Shown piece after piece: positions 27,066 through 39,241 of a stretch of DNA of 64,000 nucleotides (position 1 is its first letter; each line of letters begins with the position of its first letter). This stretch comes from Bugula neritina. Taxonomy: Eukaryota > Animalia > Bryozoa. The position numbers and the translations under genes were made by a program. Below the pieces are notes generated by a model. It was not told where the DNA came from, searched no databases, and saw only the letters and a list, made by a program, of their open reading frames with translations. The stretch covers positions 24,523,319 to 24,587,318 of the forward strand of contig OZ037768.1 in the NCBI GenBank assembly GCA_964035545.1, written 5' to 3'.

Positions 27066-28308
27066 CTTACTGTTCTACAATAAAGCTATTCATCACACAC
27101 TTCAAGAACCTTTCTCATTTTTTTTAATAGACAAGGAGTTATGTTCTACATTTAGTTGTTCTTAACCCACCAAATTACTACACTATTACTATAACTAGCT
27201 ATCAATATTTATATTATATTACTATGTTTAATCAGTTATCACTGATAATGATTTGTCTAAGACTAATTCATGAGTAATGCCTAAATGACTAGCATTAGGA
27301 TTATATTCATTACCTAAGGCTGGGGCTATTGGGCATTAGGTTTTATTTTGTCTCATTTTATTGCAAACTTATTCATATTAGCATAAATAGTGTTTTATAT
27401 AGTGCAACTAAATATAGTAATACATATATAGTAGAGCTTATGATGTTTATGTCTCATGAATAATGCCCTATAGTGCATTATTGTACTGGCCGTGGCATCC
27501 ATCATGCTACCCCCCCCCCCCAACATTACCACATATACCATAATCTACTCAACTACCTAATGATGTGTGACTGTTACTGCAGCTCAGCTAAAGTCTTGCT
27601 GCAAGTACACTAGCTAGACTGTTTTATTTTTAAACTATGACACGTGAGACTACACGTGTGTACTGCATGACTGCACTCACAAGATTCCGCACTCTCTACT
27701 AGGCGGAATGGCGGTCTCCGCTGCGGGATGCGCTATCCGCAGAGAGACCGGAACACGTAGAGCTAATCAGGATTAAATTCCCCTACATAAGCTGGACAAT
27801 TCACATGCCCAGACACACTTAGCTAGTAGGATTACTAATGTATAGTTCTGTTATTATGTTACTTTGTTTTACCTCAATATCTTTTTATTACTAAGCTCCG
27901 TAAATATAATTATCATTCTTCGAAACACTCGCAGTTCTCTCCTGGATAAATACAAAGAGTAATGTTCTAGCTTCTCAATCACGCATGCAACCACACACAG
28001 TAGTTACTTGCATAAAGCTACAACATTATGCTGCATTTAATATTTATTTAAATAAAATAACACTAAAAGTGAGTAAAATATTTTTTTTTTTAAAGATTCA
28101 TCAAAATGGAACTATTATTCAACAATATTATTTTAATTTTTTTTCCTAATGCCTCACAGTTCTCTTTTCATTTGTTATGGCTTTAACTGAAATAAAAGGC
28201 TTAGCTTTTGTAACTATTATATTGTTATTGTAAACCATCTAATACATAATTTTAAAACTAATATATAAATGTTATCAACATTATGTAGTTCACTTGAGGC
28301 AACAAATT

Positions 28309-31300
28309 ATGGCTGAAAGCCGACCTAGCAGTACTAGGTGCCCTAAATGTGAAGCTGTGTGTGGGCCAGGAGATAGCGAATGTGAAGACTGTGGCTATCC
28401 ATTCAACAGACCTACCATTCGATTTACATGCCCAATATGCGAATCTCCTAGAAGAATTAACCGAAGAGGAGTCTATACAAAGTTTTGTAACAAGTGTGGA
28501 TATGAGTATGAAGGTAAGTGTTTTGTAAGGATTTTGTAATTAAAATTAGGCTTGTGTGATGTCTCACTTTCAATATAAAGTGCCAGAAAGCGAAAGTTGA
28601 CTTGTGTGTTAAACTTGTTTACACTATTTTACTTTATATATAATGACAGTGTTGAGAATCAACATAATTCTTGTAGATTAAATATTCACTGTGTTAATTG
28701 AGGTGATTTTGTGTGACTCATATTTTTAGATTCAGTATTTCGAAAGAAGCAAGACTCTAAACCTTCTACTGATAGTAAAAACAAAACAATCTGTGATGAA
28801 GGTAGGTATGGTGTAACTACATGTAGTAATTAGTACCTGGAAGTTAGTAGTTAGTAACTAGTTACTTGTAACTAATAGTTACTAATATTGTTTTCACTGA
28901 GTCTATGCTTCACTGTTTATTATATGTTTAATGTTTGTAGAAAAGGCAGAAATGCAAGAGAGGAAACCTCAAGACTTTGTTGACAGTGATTATGCGACAT
29001 TTGGCTCATTGATATCTTTCTCACAGTAAGAACCTATAACAAAACTGTCAACAGGCAATAGTCATCGACAGATAAAGAAATGACTGATTTTCTTACTCAT
29101 TGTAGGCCCCACTATCAATCTGTTGGTGATGCTGTGGAAGGACACAATCAGGGTTAGTTGCCTTTTTATTGTTATGCATTACATGCTCTTTTTTGTTTCT
29201 GGCAACTAAAGTATGATAAATGTTTGTCTTGTCAAAGAGTTGTTTACTTATTGATGTGTAAGCAAAGCCAAACAGAGGTTTTTATGTAAATGAAGCAAAA
29301 ACATGTCATTAGAAATGCAAAGCAAAGTGTATAGTTCAGTCGAAGTACGAGTATACTGCTTTTAAATCCTAGCCAATTGCAAAGCTTGTTGGCTCACATA
29401 GAGTTTTTCGAACCTAAATAGTGTTTTCTGTCCGATTTATACTTTAACATATTAAGTGCCAGATATCATGATGTTTAACGTGGTGTCCATTCATCAACTT
29501 AATCTATAACCATTGCACATCTATACAGCAGCATTAAACTTTTTTCAGACTGCTCTGAAGTTGTCTACTCCCATGTTTAATTGGCCTGGAGTTTAGCGAT
29601 TTCATTTACTGCTGATAACCTTTCACTCCGATGTGTGTTGAAGTTCTCGGTGTATCTGTGTTTATAGTAGCAGGAGGTGCTGGTGAAGTTGTGTGTGAAG
29701 AGTCAAAAGACGACATTCAGCTTCAGCATAGTGATAAGCTACAGCCGTCGGCTAACTCTCCATCTGCCAACTCTCCGCTCAGAAGTTTCTCCTCTAGGGC
29801 ACCTACTCCACCCCCGCAGACATTAGAATTTTTTTCTAATAGTCTTTCTCTTGAACTTTCTACATCTCTTGGTCACCTATCATCTTGTCTAGACTCACTT
29901 ACCGGTTTTAAAAACCAGGAATCATACGACTATTCTGTAAATCCACATTCTTCTTCTGTAGTTCATCCTCTTTCTACTGTGGATCTCCATCCTTCTTTTG
30001 TAGATGATTCTTCTCCTATTTCTGCAGTTATCCCTTCTTCTCTAGTTATTCCTCCTTTTTCTGTAGGCCATTCTCTTCTTCCTTTTGTAGATCCTCCTTC
30101 TGTAGATCATCCTTCTGTAGATCCTCCTTCTGTAGATAATCCTCCCTCTGTAGATCATCTTTCTGTAGATAATCCTCCTTCTGTAGATCATCTTTCTGTA
30201 GATAATCCTCCTGCTGTAGATCATCTTTCTGTAGATAATCCTCCTTCTGTAGATCATCTTTCTGTAGATAATCCTCCTTCTGTAGATCATCTTTCTGTAG
30301 ATCACCCTCCTCCTTCTGTAGATCAACATCTACTTCCTATACACATGACTTCATCATCTATAAATCAAACTCCATCTTCGGTAGATCAAGTTTCTTCTAC
30401 CTCTCACATCTTTCAGTCTTCTATCCACCAACCCCCAACTGTATTGACTTCCCATCTCAGACAAGGGTCTCTCTCTTCAATACCGGGAAATGGGTCTCTC
30501 ACATCAATCCCCAGACACATTCAGCCTGCCGGCTTTCCACAACGACTCTCATCTCCCCCTAACTCAGCGCCGCGGTCGCTGTCTCCTGCTTTCTCTTTGA
30601 GATCTGGCTCCCCTCAGTGTATCCCACGATTCCAGTCACGTCGAGATTCAACTCAGACACTGCAGCATACTCAAGGTAGCTCTGATTTTAGCAAAGCCCA
30701 GTGTTTCATATGGCTTGAAAGCATATTGGTACAAATAATATTGAAGTGGTTTGCAATTCCACCTTATGTTACCTCATAGACCAGTTACTGTTGCTGCACA
30801 ACTCTTATCGCATCACTCTTTTAGACTCGTCAGAGTTTACTCGATACCGGAATAGAGTGGAAACCTTTTCGCAAGTAGAGAATGATGAAATCCGTAAGGA
30901 ATCGTTAGCTCAGGCCGGGTTTTACTACGATGCACAGAATCAGGCTGTGTGCTGTTATTGTTGTGGAGTTGTCATTCAATTGAATGATGAAAGCCTTCAG
31001 TACGAGCCGTGGATCCTACATGCTAGGTAAGGGTCCAGTCTATCCATTAGGAAGGGCATTATTAACACCAACATTATTTAGTATTATACTTCACACAAGC
31101 ACATTTAGGTCATCACAATATAAGTGGTCTTTGTCACAAGATTTAATACCTGAGCTTTTCAGGTTTAAAGAACTGTTAAGTTTTCTGTGAGAATGTTTAT
31201 ATTTGATCTTTCAGTTGATAGTTTTAGAACTGGAAATGAATTGTGGTCACAAAGTCCTAGAGTGCTTCTTTTTATTTTTGATTTAGAGAATCACGTGACT

Positions 31301-34300
31301 GTCCCCTGCTCAGGAAGTCGAGTTCTTCCAAGAGAGAAAAAGGCGAAAAAGTTAAAAATATAGGTGAGTATAGATGAATCTTTCCAACTCATCACCTTTA
31401 AATAGTGATATAGTCACATTGCAGCAGTATTTACAGGTGATCAACTCGTTTGTTGCAGATGCAAAAAGTTCATTGGATCAGATGAGCAGTTTGCTACAAC
31501 AGAAATTGTTAGATGAAGTTGGGCGAAAAAACTCTACTGAAGCAATTGGTAAGCTTAAAGAGCATAAGTCTAGGAGGTAATAGCTATTGATAGTTAATAA
31601 TAGATGGCAAGTTACTAGTAGATTGTAATAGTTAATAATGATAGTGAGTAGTAGTTAGTAATAGTAGTAGCTAGTAGTAGCTTGTAGCGATTAGTAATAG
31701 TAATAACTAGTAATAGTAGTTGCTAGTAATAATTAGTAGTAGTTAGTTTAAGTTATGGTTTAGATTTTGAGCTCCTTAAATTTATTGTAGCAGCTGAAAG
31801 TTCCATTATTGAAGAGAAATCTTTCCCACTGCTATCATCTCGGTTTTCCTCAAAAGAGCTTGACACTAAAGTAAGTATTGCACTGACTTAGTCAAGTCTC
31901 CAGTTTGAATATGGAACAAAGTTCTGCTAATCAGTTGTGTTTGCAGTTGAACTGATTAGTGAGTTTGATTTGTGTGACTTATAATTGTTGGTAGAATGAA
32001 TACCAAAGGTCTGCTGAGGCCCCTTCACAGTCGTCTGCTAAGACACCTTCACAGCCGTCTGCTAGGTCACCTTCACAGCCGTCTGCTGAGAAACATTCAC
32101 AGTCGTCTGCTAAGACACCTTCACAGCCGTCTGCTAGGTCACCTTCACAGCCGTCTGCTGAGAAACATTCACAGTCGTCTGCTAAGACACTAGAGTTTCC
32201 ACCTTCAGAGCCGATGTGTAGCAGTACTCCAGAGAGGAGAGTCAGGGGTGAGAGTCATAATATTGTTTAGTAAAAGTTCTCAATGCTGATTCTGGTTGAG
32301 ACCCTTTCACATCAGATTCCTTTAGTCATGTCATTAAAAGAAAAAAACCACAGCTAGCCAAAACGAATATTCAACTAAAGGTTTTATTTCTGCTAACATG
32401 AGTTTGGAGATTAGTGGGTAGATCAATATCCATACAATATATTGAAGATATAGTAGTGTAGTGCTGGCTAGACTTGCACCTTGGCAATGCTTATAGAAAC
32501 AATAAGCTTTAGGAGTAAACATAGAAAATGTGTAACATTTAAAAGTATAAACAGTTTATATGAAGCTTGCGGTAATACACATACAAAACAGCACAAAATC
32601 TTGGCATATCTTAATGAATGTATATTATTGTATGTTGAAATAAACTATATGGTGCACATTGAACAATGTTTTATGTATTGAAAAGCAATTAGATAAAGTT
32701 GTAACATTTTAATATTTTGTATTTCTAAATTAAAAAATTATTGATTAAATTTCTAAATATTTCTGAAACATAAAGAAAACTTTGCTAGCTATCTGTTAAA
32801 ACTTGTTCTACTGTATAGTAGTGTCTATTGAGAGCACTGCTGTCGCTCTGCAGAACCTACCAGATGCTGCTGACAATGTTGCTGCTGAAAGTCAACCAAG
32901 ATCATTGAGTAAGTATGGGATCCAGCAAAGTTTTTATAATGCCATCAGCTGGATTGCCCAGCATTGCTGTGTTGCTGAATTAAATATTATAATTTCTTAT
33001 TGGTTCAACTCGGTTGATAAATTATAAGTATGCATTGTACTGTCTTTTATCAACTGTACCGCATTATTTTCTGTTCACAGGAAAACTTGCTTTTGGCAAA
33101 AATGTTTACTGTCTCTAAACACCACAGAGATATATTTTCTTTGAGTTTCTAACATCTGTATTTATTTTGTTGTTTGTTTGTAGCGGAAAATTACCGAGTG
33201 TCCACACCAGGTGAGAATGACTCATTTTGATTACTGAAAATGATGACTCATAGTATTAATTTCCTGAAACTTTCATTATTTTATATTTTGTGTTTAGGCT
33301 CTGTTTTGTTATTTTGGGTTTTAAATTTTTGGTTGGTGTGCGGGTTTTATCTTAGCCCATTATACCTGGTTTAACAAGCAGCTAAATTTTATATTTTAGT
33401 TCCCTTGCAGTTTATTTAGAATTATTTATTAATAGACGGTTGGTTTTTTTAGACAGCACTCTGGCTCTGCTTCTGTCTGAGGTGTCTTTGTTGAAAGAGA
33501 AAGTAGAAAAACTTATTGAAGGTAACTTGAATTTTATAAGTTACTTAGTAAAGTACTTGAACACTTACTTAGTAAAGAGTTTTGATATTTACTTAGTTAC
33601 GTATTTGAAAAAGTTACTTGCTAAATTACCTAAATAATTGCTTAGTTAAGTACTTAAAAGGTTACTTGGTAGATCACTTGAAAAGTTACTTAGTGAAGTA
33701 CTTAAATAGTTACTTATTAAGGTACTTACAAAAACTAATAACATGTCACGATCCAGCATAGCAGCATGTAGTTGGACTATGTAACAATGCTCTATTGTCA
33801 TATTGTGATTTCATGTGTTTTTATAGCAAAAGACAAAACAGATGGAAATGTATCAAAACTACAGGAACAAGTTTCATGTTAGTATAATTATAATACTGAG
33901 TATATCATAGTAGTGAGTATATTATAATACTGAGTATATCATAGTACTGAGTATATCATAGTACTGAGTATATCATAGTACTGAGTATATCATAGTACTG
34001 AGTATATCATAGTACTGAGTATGTCATAATACTGAGTATATCATAGTAGTGAGTATATCATAGTACTGAGTATATCATAATACTGAGTATGTCATAGTAC
34101 TGAGTATATCATAGTACTGAGTATATCATAGTACTGAGTATATCATAGTACTGAGTATATCATAATACTGAGTATATCATAGTAGTGAGTATATCATAGT
34201 AGTGAGTATATCGTAGTACTGAGTATATCATAGTAGTGAGTATATCATAGTAGTGAGTATATCATAGTAGTGAGTATATCATAGTACTGAGTGTATCATA

Positions 34301-37300
34301 GTACTGAGTATATCATAGTACTGAGTATATCATAGTACTGAGTATATCATAGTACTGAGTATATCATAGTACTGAGTATATCATAGTACTGAGTATATCA
34401 TAGTACTGAGTATATCATAATACTGAGTATATCATAGTAGTGAGTATATCATAGTAGTGAGTATATCGTAGTACTGAGTATATCATAGTAGTGAGTATAT
34501 CATAGTAGTGAGTATATCATAGTACTGAGTATATCATAGTACTGAGTATATCATAGTAGTGAGTATATCATAGTACTGAGTATATCATAGTAGTGAGTAT
34601 ATCATAGTACTGAGTATATCATAGTACTGAGTATATCATAGTACTGAGTATATCATAGTACTGAGTATATAATAGTTAGTACTGAGTATGTCATAGTACT
34701 GAGTATATCATAATACTGAGTATATCATAGTACTGAGTATATCATAGTACTGAGTATATCATAGTACTGAGTATATCATAGTACTGAGTATGTCATAATA
34801 CTGAGTATATCATAGTAGTGAGTATATCATAGTACTGAGTATATCATAATACTGAGTATGTCATAGTACTGAGTATATCATAGTACTGAGTATATCATAG
34901 TACTGAGTATATCATAGTACTGAGTATATCATAATACTGAGTATATCATAGTAGTGAGTATATCATAGTAGTGAGTATATCGTAGTACTGAGTATATCAT
35001 AGTAGTGAGTATATCATAGTAGTGAGTATATCATAGTAGTGAGTATATCATAGTACTGAGTGTATCATAGTACTGAGTATATCATAGTACTGAGTATATC
35101 ATAGTACTGAGTATATCATAGTACTGAGTATATCATAGTACTGAGTATATCATAGTACTGAGTATATCATAATACTGAGTATATCATAGTAGTGAGTATA
35201 TCATAGTAGTGAGTATATCGTAGTACTGAGTATATCATAGTAGTGAGTATATCATAGTAGTGAGTATATCATAGTACTGAGTATATAATAGTTAGTACTG
35301 AGTATGTCATAGTACTGAGTGTATCATAGTACTGAGTATATCATAGTACTGAGTATATCATAGTACTGAGTATATCATAGTACTGAGTATATCATAATAC
35401 TGAGTATATCATAGTACTGAGTATATAATAGTTAGTACTGAGTATATCATAGTACTGATATATTTGGTATATTCTCTATTAGATGGAACTGATGAACTAA
35501 GACACAGTCTTTCTGCTCTTCAAGATGAAAGTCTAGGTTAGTTTGACTGCCATTTTATTTTATCTACAGCATTATATTATGTCTTTTATATTGCATCTGT
35601 TCTAACAATAATCAAATCACTGTTTATTCAGAGATGAGAAATAAGACTCAACAAGTTGCCAAAGCAGCATCACAAAACACAAAGGATCTTGGCGAAGTAA
35701 AGAAGGAGCAAAGCGGTTTGTTTTTATTTATTTCTACAGTCTATTGAGTTCAACTGTCAAGTTTGGAGAAGGTATATGGATGAAATACTGGTTTTAACAA
35801 TTTTAAATTACAGCTGAAATCTGTAAAGCACTAGAATGCTTTTAGTAATAACTGTGTTTACTTGTTGTTGAAAGTGTGATAAACAATGCAGAGGATATGA
35901 CCCTATAAGTTGCTAGTCTCTTAATTGGTGTCGGTGCTTCTTCTACCTGGAAAACCAATGTCAAATATATAAACAAGATGGAGGCAGTTCATTTAGAGCA
36001 ATTAATTATACAAAGCTGTGCAATCAGCTTACAACGAGTAACAATAGTTTACAGAGGAAAAACTCAAGTCAGTACAGAGTATTTTTTCAGACTAGGTTTA
36101 CAAATGATCTCTATTTGGATTCTGTAATGACAGTTGCTAAGGACAGGCAGAGAGCTCAGTGTCTGAAGACCAATCAGATGTGTACGAAGTTGGACGAGTG
36201 TTGTGAGAACGTGACCAAAGTGCAGGTGACCCAGAAAGGTTCGTACTTCTGTCGGTGTTACTTGTCCTTTAGCTGTGTGACTCTGGTGGCTACTTCAGAT
36301 ATTTACTACGATATGATACTGTTGATATTACGATATGATACTGTAGATATTGCGATATGATACTGTTGATATAATTACGTTATGATACTGTTGATATTAC
36401 GATATGATACTGTTGATACTACGATATGATACTGTTGATATTATGATATGATACTGTAGATATTACGATATGATACTGTTGATACTACGATATGATACTG
36501 TTGATACTACGATATGATACTGTTGATATTATGATACCAGCATACTCCTACCAATAACAAAACCTTGTAATACTCACATAAACTTTACAAGTTATGAGTA
36601 AATACAGAGCCAATGTACTTATTATCATGGTTATGTCTTCTCAACCAGCTCCTGTGTTATCAGATTTATTTGGTTAGTAAAATACGACCCACAGCGCTTC
36701 CACAATATGGTTTTAATATAATTTGTGTATCAGTATCATACTACTATGCTAGAGGTCAATTAGTGCAGCGACTGAGTATATAATAGGATGTACTTACCTT
36801 CATAACTTACTCTTACAGACATGGAGTATAAAGTGGAAGATGTACAAGCAGAGCTCTCTGGTATGTTTCCTTCCTCGTCTCTTGCACTGTTGAAGTGTTA
36901 TTGTAATATACTCTGATATATGTTATTGTAATATACTCTGATATATGTTATTGTAATATACTCTGATATATGTTATTGTAATATACTCTGATATATGTTA
37001 TTGTAATATACTCTGATATATTATGTTGTTTCAGCAGACGTGGACTAGTTGAAGGGGAAGTGAGTCTCAGTGTAACATGTTGTTGTCTTTTTGTCTTATA
37101 ATCTGCACCTGCATGTATCTAGTGCCTTGTTTACCCTGGAATGTTTACTCAGTGTAACACCAGGAAGGGAATGTACAGCAGACGTCCCAACTATTATTAA
37201 TATATCATATTGTGCTCCAAGCTATGTGCCCTGTGCTCCACTCTGTTTACTGTTTGCTGTGTTGAACTGCAGGGAATGCTGCCTCAAAGCCCGGTAGCAT

Positions 37301-38072
37301 GCCGTGCTGTGTATGCCGCGCTGTGTACGACACGCAGTGAATGCCATCTACTATCATTTATACTCGCAGTTAGCAGTTGCGTGTATAAACCTGCAGTTGT
37401 TCTTTGTTTGCAGACAATTTGTTGCATATATATGAACATTATTGGCTTCCAGGCAAAAATATATCATGCCTATAATATTTCATGATTACAATGTCCAGTA
37501 CTACTTTGTATTGACAAACTATTTTAGACTTTAGCCCTAGGTCTAGTAATATTAGATAGGAAAATGTTGACAAGACAAGCGGTGTTACCAACTGTTTGAT
37601 TGTCACATTTTAGAACAAAGACAAGAACTCCGTCAACATGCTGAGGGAAATAACAGAAATAACAGTGGTATGATTTAATATAAATACTGTATTATATAAT
37701 ATACCATATTATATATAATATACTGTATTATATATACCATATTATATATAATATACTGTATTATATATACCATATTATATATAATATACTGTATTATATA
37801 TACCATATTATATATAATATACTGTATTATATATACCATATTATATATAATATACTGTGTTATATATACCATATTATATATAATATACTGTATTATATAT
37901 ACCATATTATATATAATATACTGTATTATATATATCATATTATATATAATATACTGTATTATATATACCATATTATATATAATATACTGTGTTTTACGTC
38001 AGATTTATTGACAAGTAACTCTATACTTTAATAGTGGTGGCACAAGATTCCTCAAGTGATGAGGATCCGTGA
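28309..38072 (+). CDS. IAP-like protein: double zinc ribbon, Ser/Pro-rich region, single BIR domain, C-terminal coiled coil; no RING seen
   Basis: Exon 28309-28513 has 4 CxxC pairs; BIR over exons 30780-31026 and 31287-31363 (RVETF, LAQAGFYY, VCCYCCG, EPWILHAR-ESRDCPLL); other exons e.g. 28730-28801, 28941-29025, 29106-29152, 29668-30675, 31459-31548, 31791-31870, 31995-32248, 32819-32908, 33184-33210, 33453-33521, 33827-33877, 35483-35536, 35632-35715, 36135-36238, 36819-36860, 37614-37667, 38035-38072. 3' end model is uncertain. Confidence 0.78.
30085..30325 (+). repeat. 33-bp coding repeat (SVDNPPSVDHL)
   Basis: Within large open exon 29668-30675. Confidence 0.8.
32008..32190 (+). repeat. 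24-bp coding repeat (PSQPSARS-type) with 72-bp higher order
   Basis: Within exon 31995-32248; the frame differs from the supplied ORF 31996..32193. Confidence 0.75.
33888..35458. repeat. 17-bp intronic minisatellite
   Basis: Unit CATAGTACTGAGTATAT; fills intron 33878-35482. Confidence 0.95.
36305..36536. repeat. 22-bp intronic minisatellite
   Basis: Unit GATATGATACTGTTGATATTAC. Confidence 0.9.
36895..37021. repeat. 25-bp intronic minisatellite, 5 copies
   Basis: Unit TGTTATTGTAATATACTCTGATATA. Confidence 0.9.
37678..37990. repeat. 33-bp intronic minisatellite
   Basis: Unit ATACCATATTATATATAATATACTGTATTATAT. Confidence 0.9.
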
Positions 38073-39241
38073 TAGCTGGAGTTCCCTGTACCCTTCCATG
38101 ACTCCTGTAATTCTAAGAAGATCCACAGGCTAAGCTTCTCTTGTCTAAATGATTGTCTATTGACAGGAGCTTATCATTCAGGGCTGTAGTTTTACTAACA
38201 TGGCATCTACACATTATATCATGTATCTACACATCATATCGTGTATCTACACATCATTTAGAATAGATTAGTAAAGTAGATAAATACAACTTGACTTTTT
38301 AAACAATTCTGCTCATCACCATTACTTGATGTTGACAGCAACTAGGCTGATTTTGTAATAAAATAACATATTTTTGATATGATGTAAAAGTAATGATATT
38401 TTTGTGATCAAATGCCAATATATATTGAATATATTGCATTAAATTTCTCTTATGAAAAGTTAAATAATTTATCACTAAGTTATAGCTACGCCTTTTAATT
38501 TTCTATATGATCATTCTATTTTAAATAATATTTTTTAAAAATAAGTGGGGATTTAAATCAAAATAGTATAACATTGATGACCTTTATACTTTTGTATAAA
38601 ATATATTTAAAAAATGATATATGTTTTGGATTAGATCATTTAAGAAATAAATTTTATTGATTTTACCATTGAGCTTTATTCAACTAAAAATAACAATAAA
38701 TTCTCTATCTATCTATTTGTTTTCAGGTGAATGTTTTATTTTAAGTAACTAATAGAAAAAGTTGAACTAGTCATATTTTTGTTAAAGTTGCTATTCCCAT
38801 GTAAACAGAATTTATTAATTAGAATAACTTTGCCAGTGTGTCTGCTACATATATGTGTTCAACGCATCAGATGCTGTATTATATTCATAACATAAACTGT
38901 GAAAGTCTAGTTTTCAAAGAGTATACTAATATATCAGAGCAAAGTGACATAGCCTGGTAGCAAAGAGTATTTATTTATTCGCAGAGTAAATGAAAAGCAA
39001 GCTGTATGCAAGCAGCTAAATCTCAACTGGATTACTACTTTGAGTTGTTAGCAGATCATAAGTTGGAATAGAAAAGCACAAGTTATGTCTACAGCAGAGA
39101 AAGCATTAGCTTACACCTATATACTATGTCAGTTAGCTATATCTGCAGGGGAGACAATCCCATGATAAATATGAAAGGTGATTTTGGGCTGTTTCGGGAC
39201 TAACAGACAGAATATTCCAGAAGTCAGACGTCGAGGAAGAG

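Noticed and set aside
21003-27070. Target-site duplication around the Copia-Gypsy mosaic
   Set aside because: TATAC versus CTTAC match at only 3 of 5 positions.
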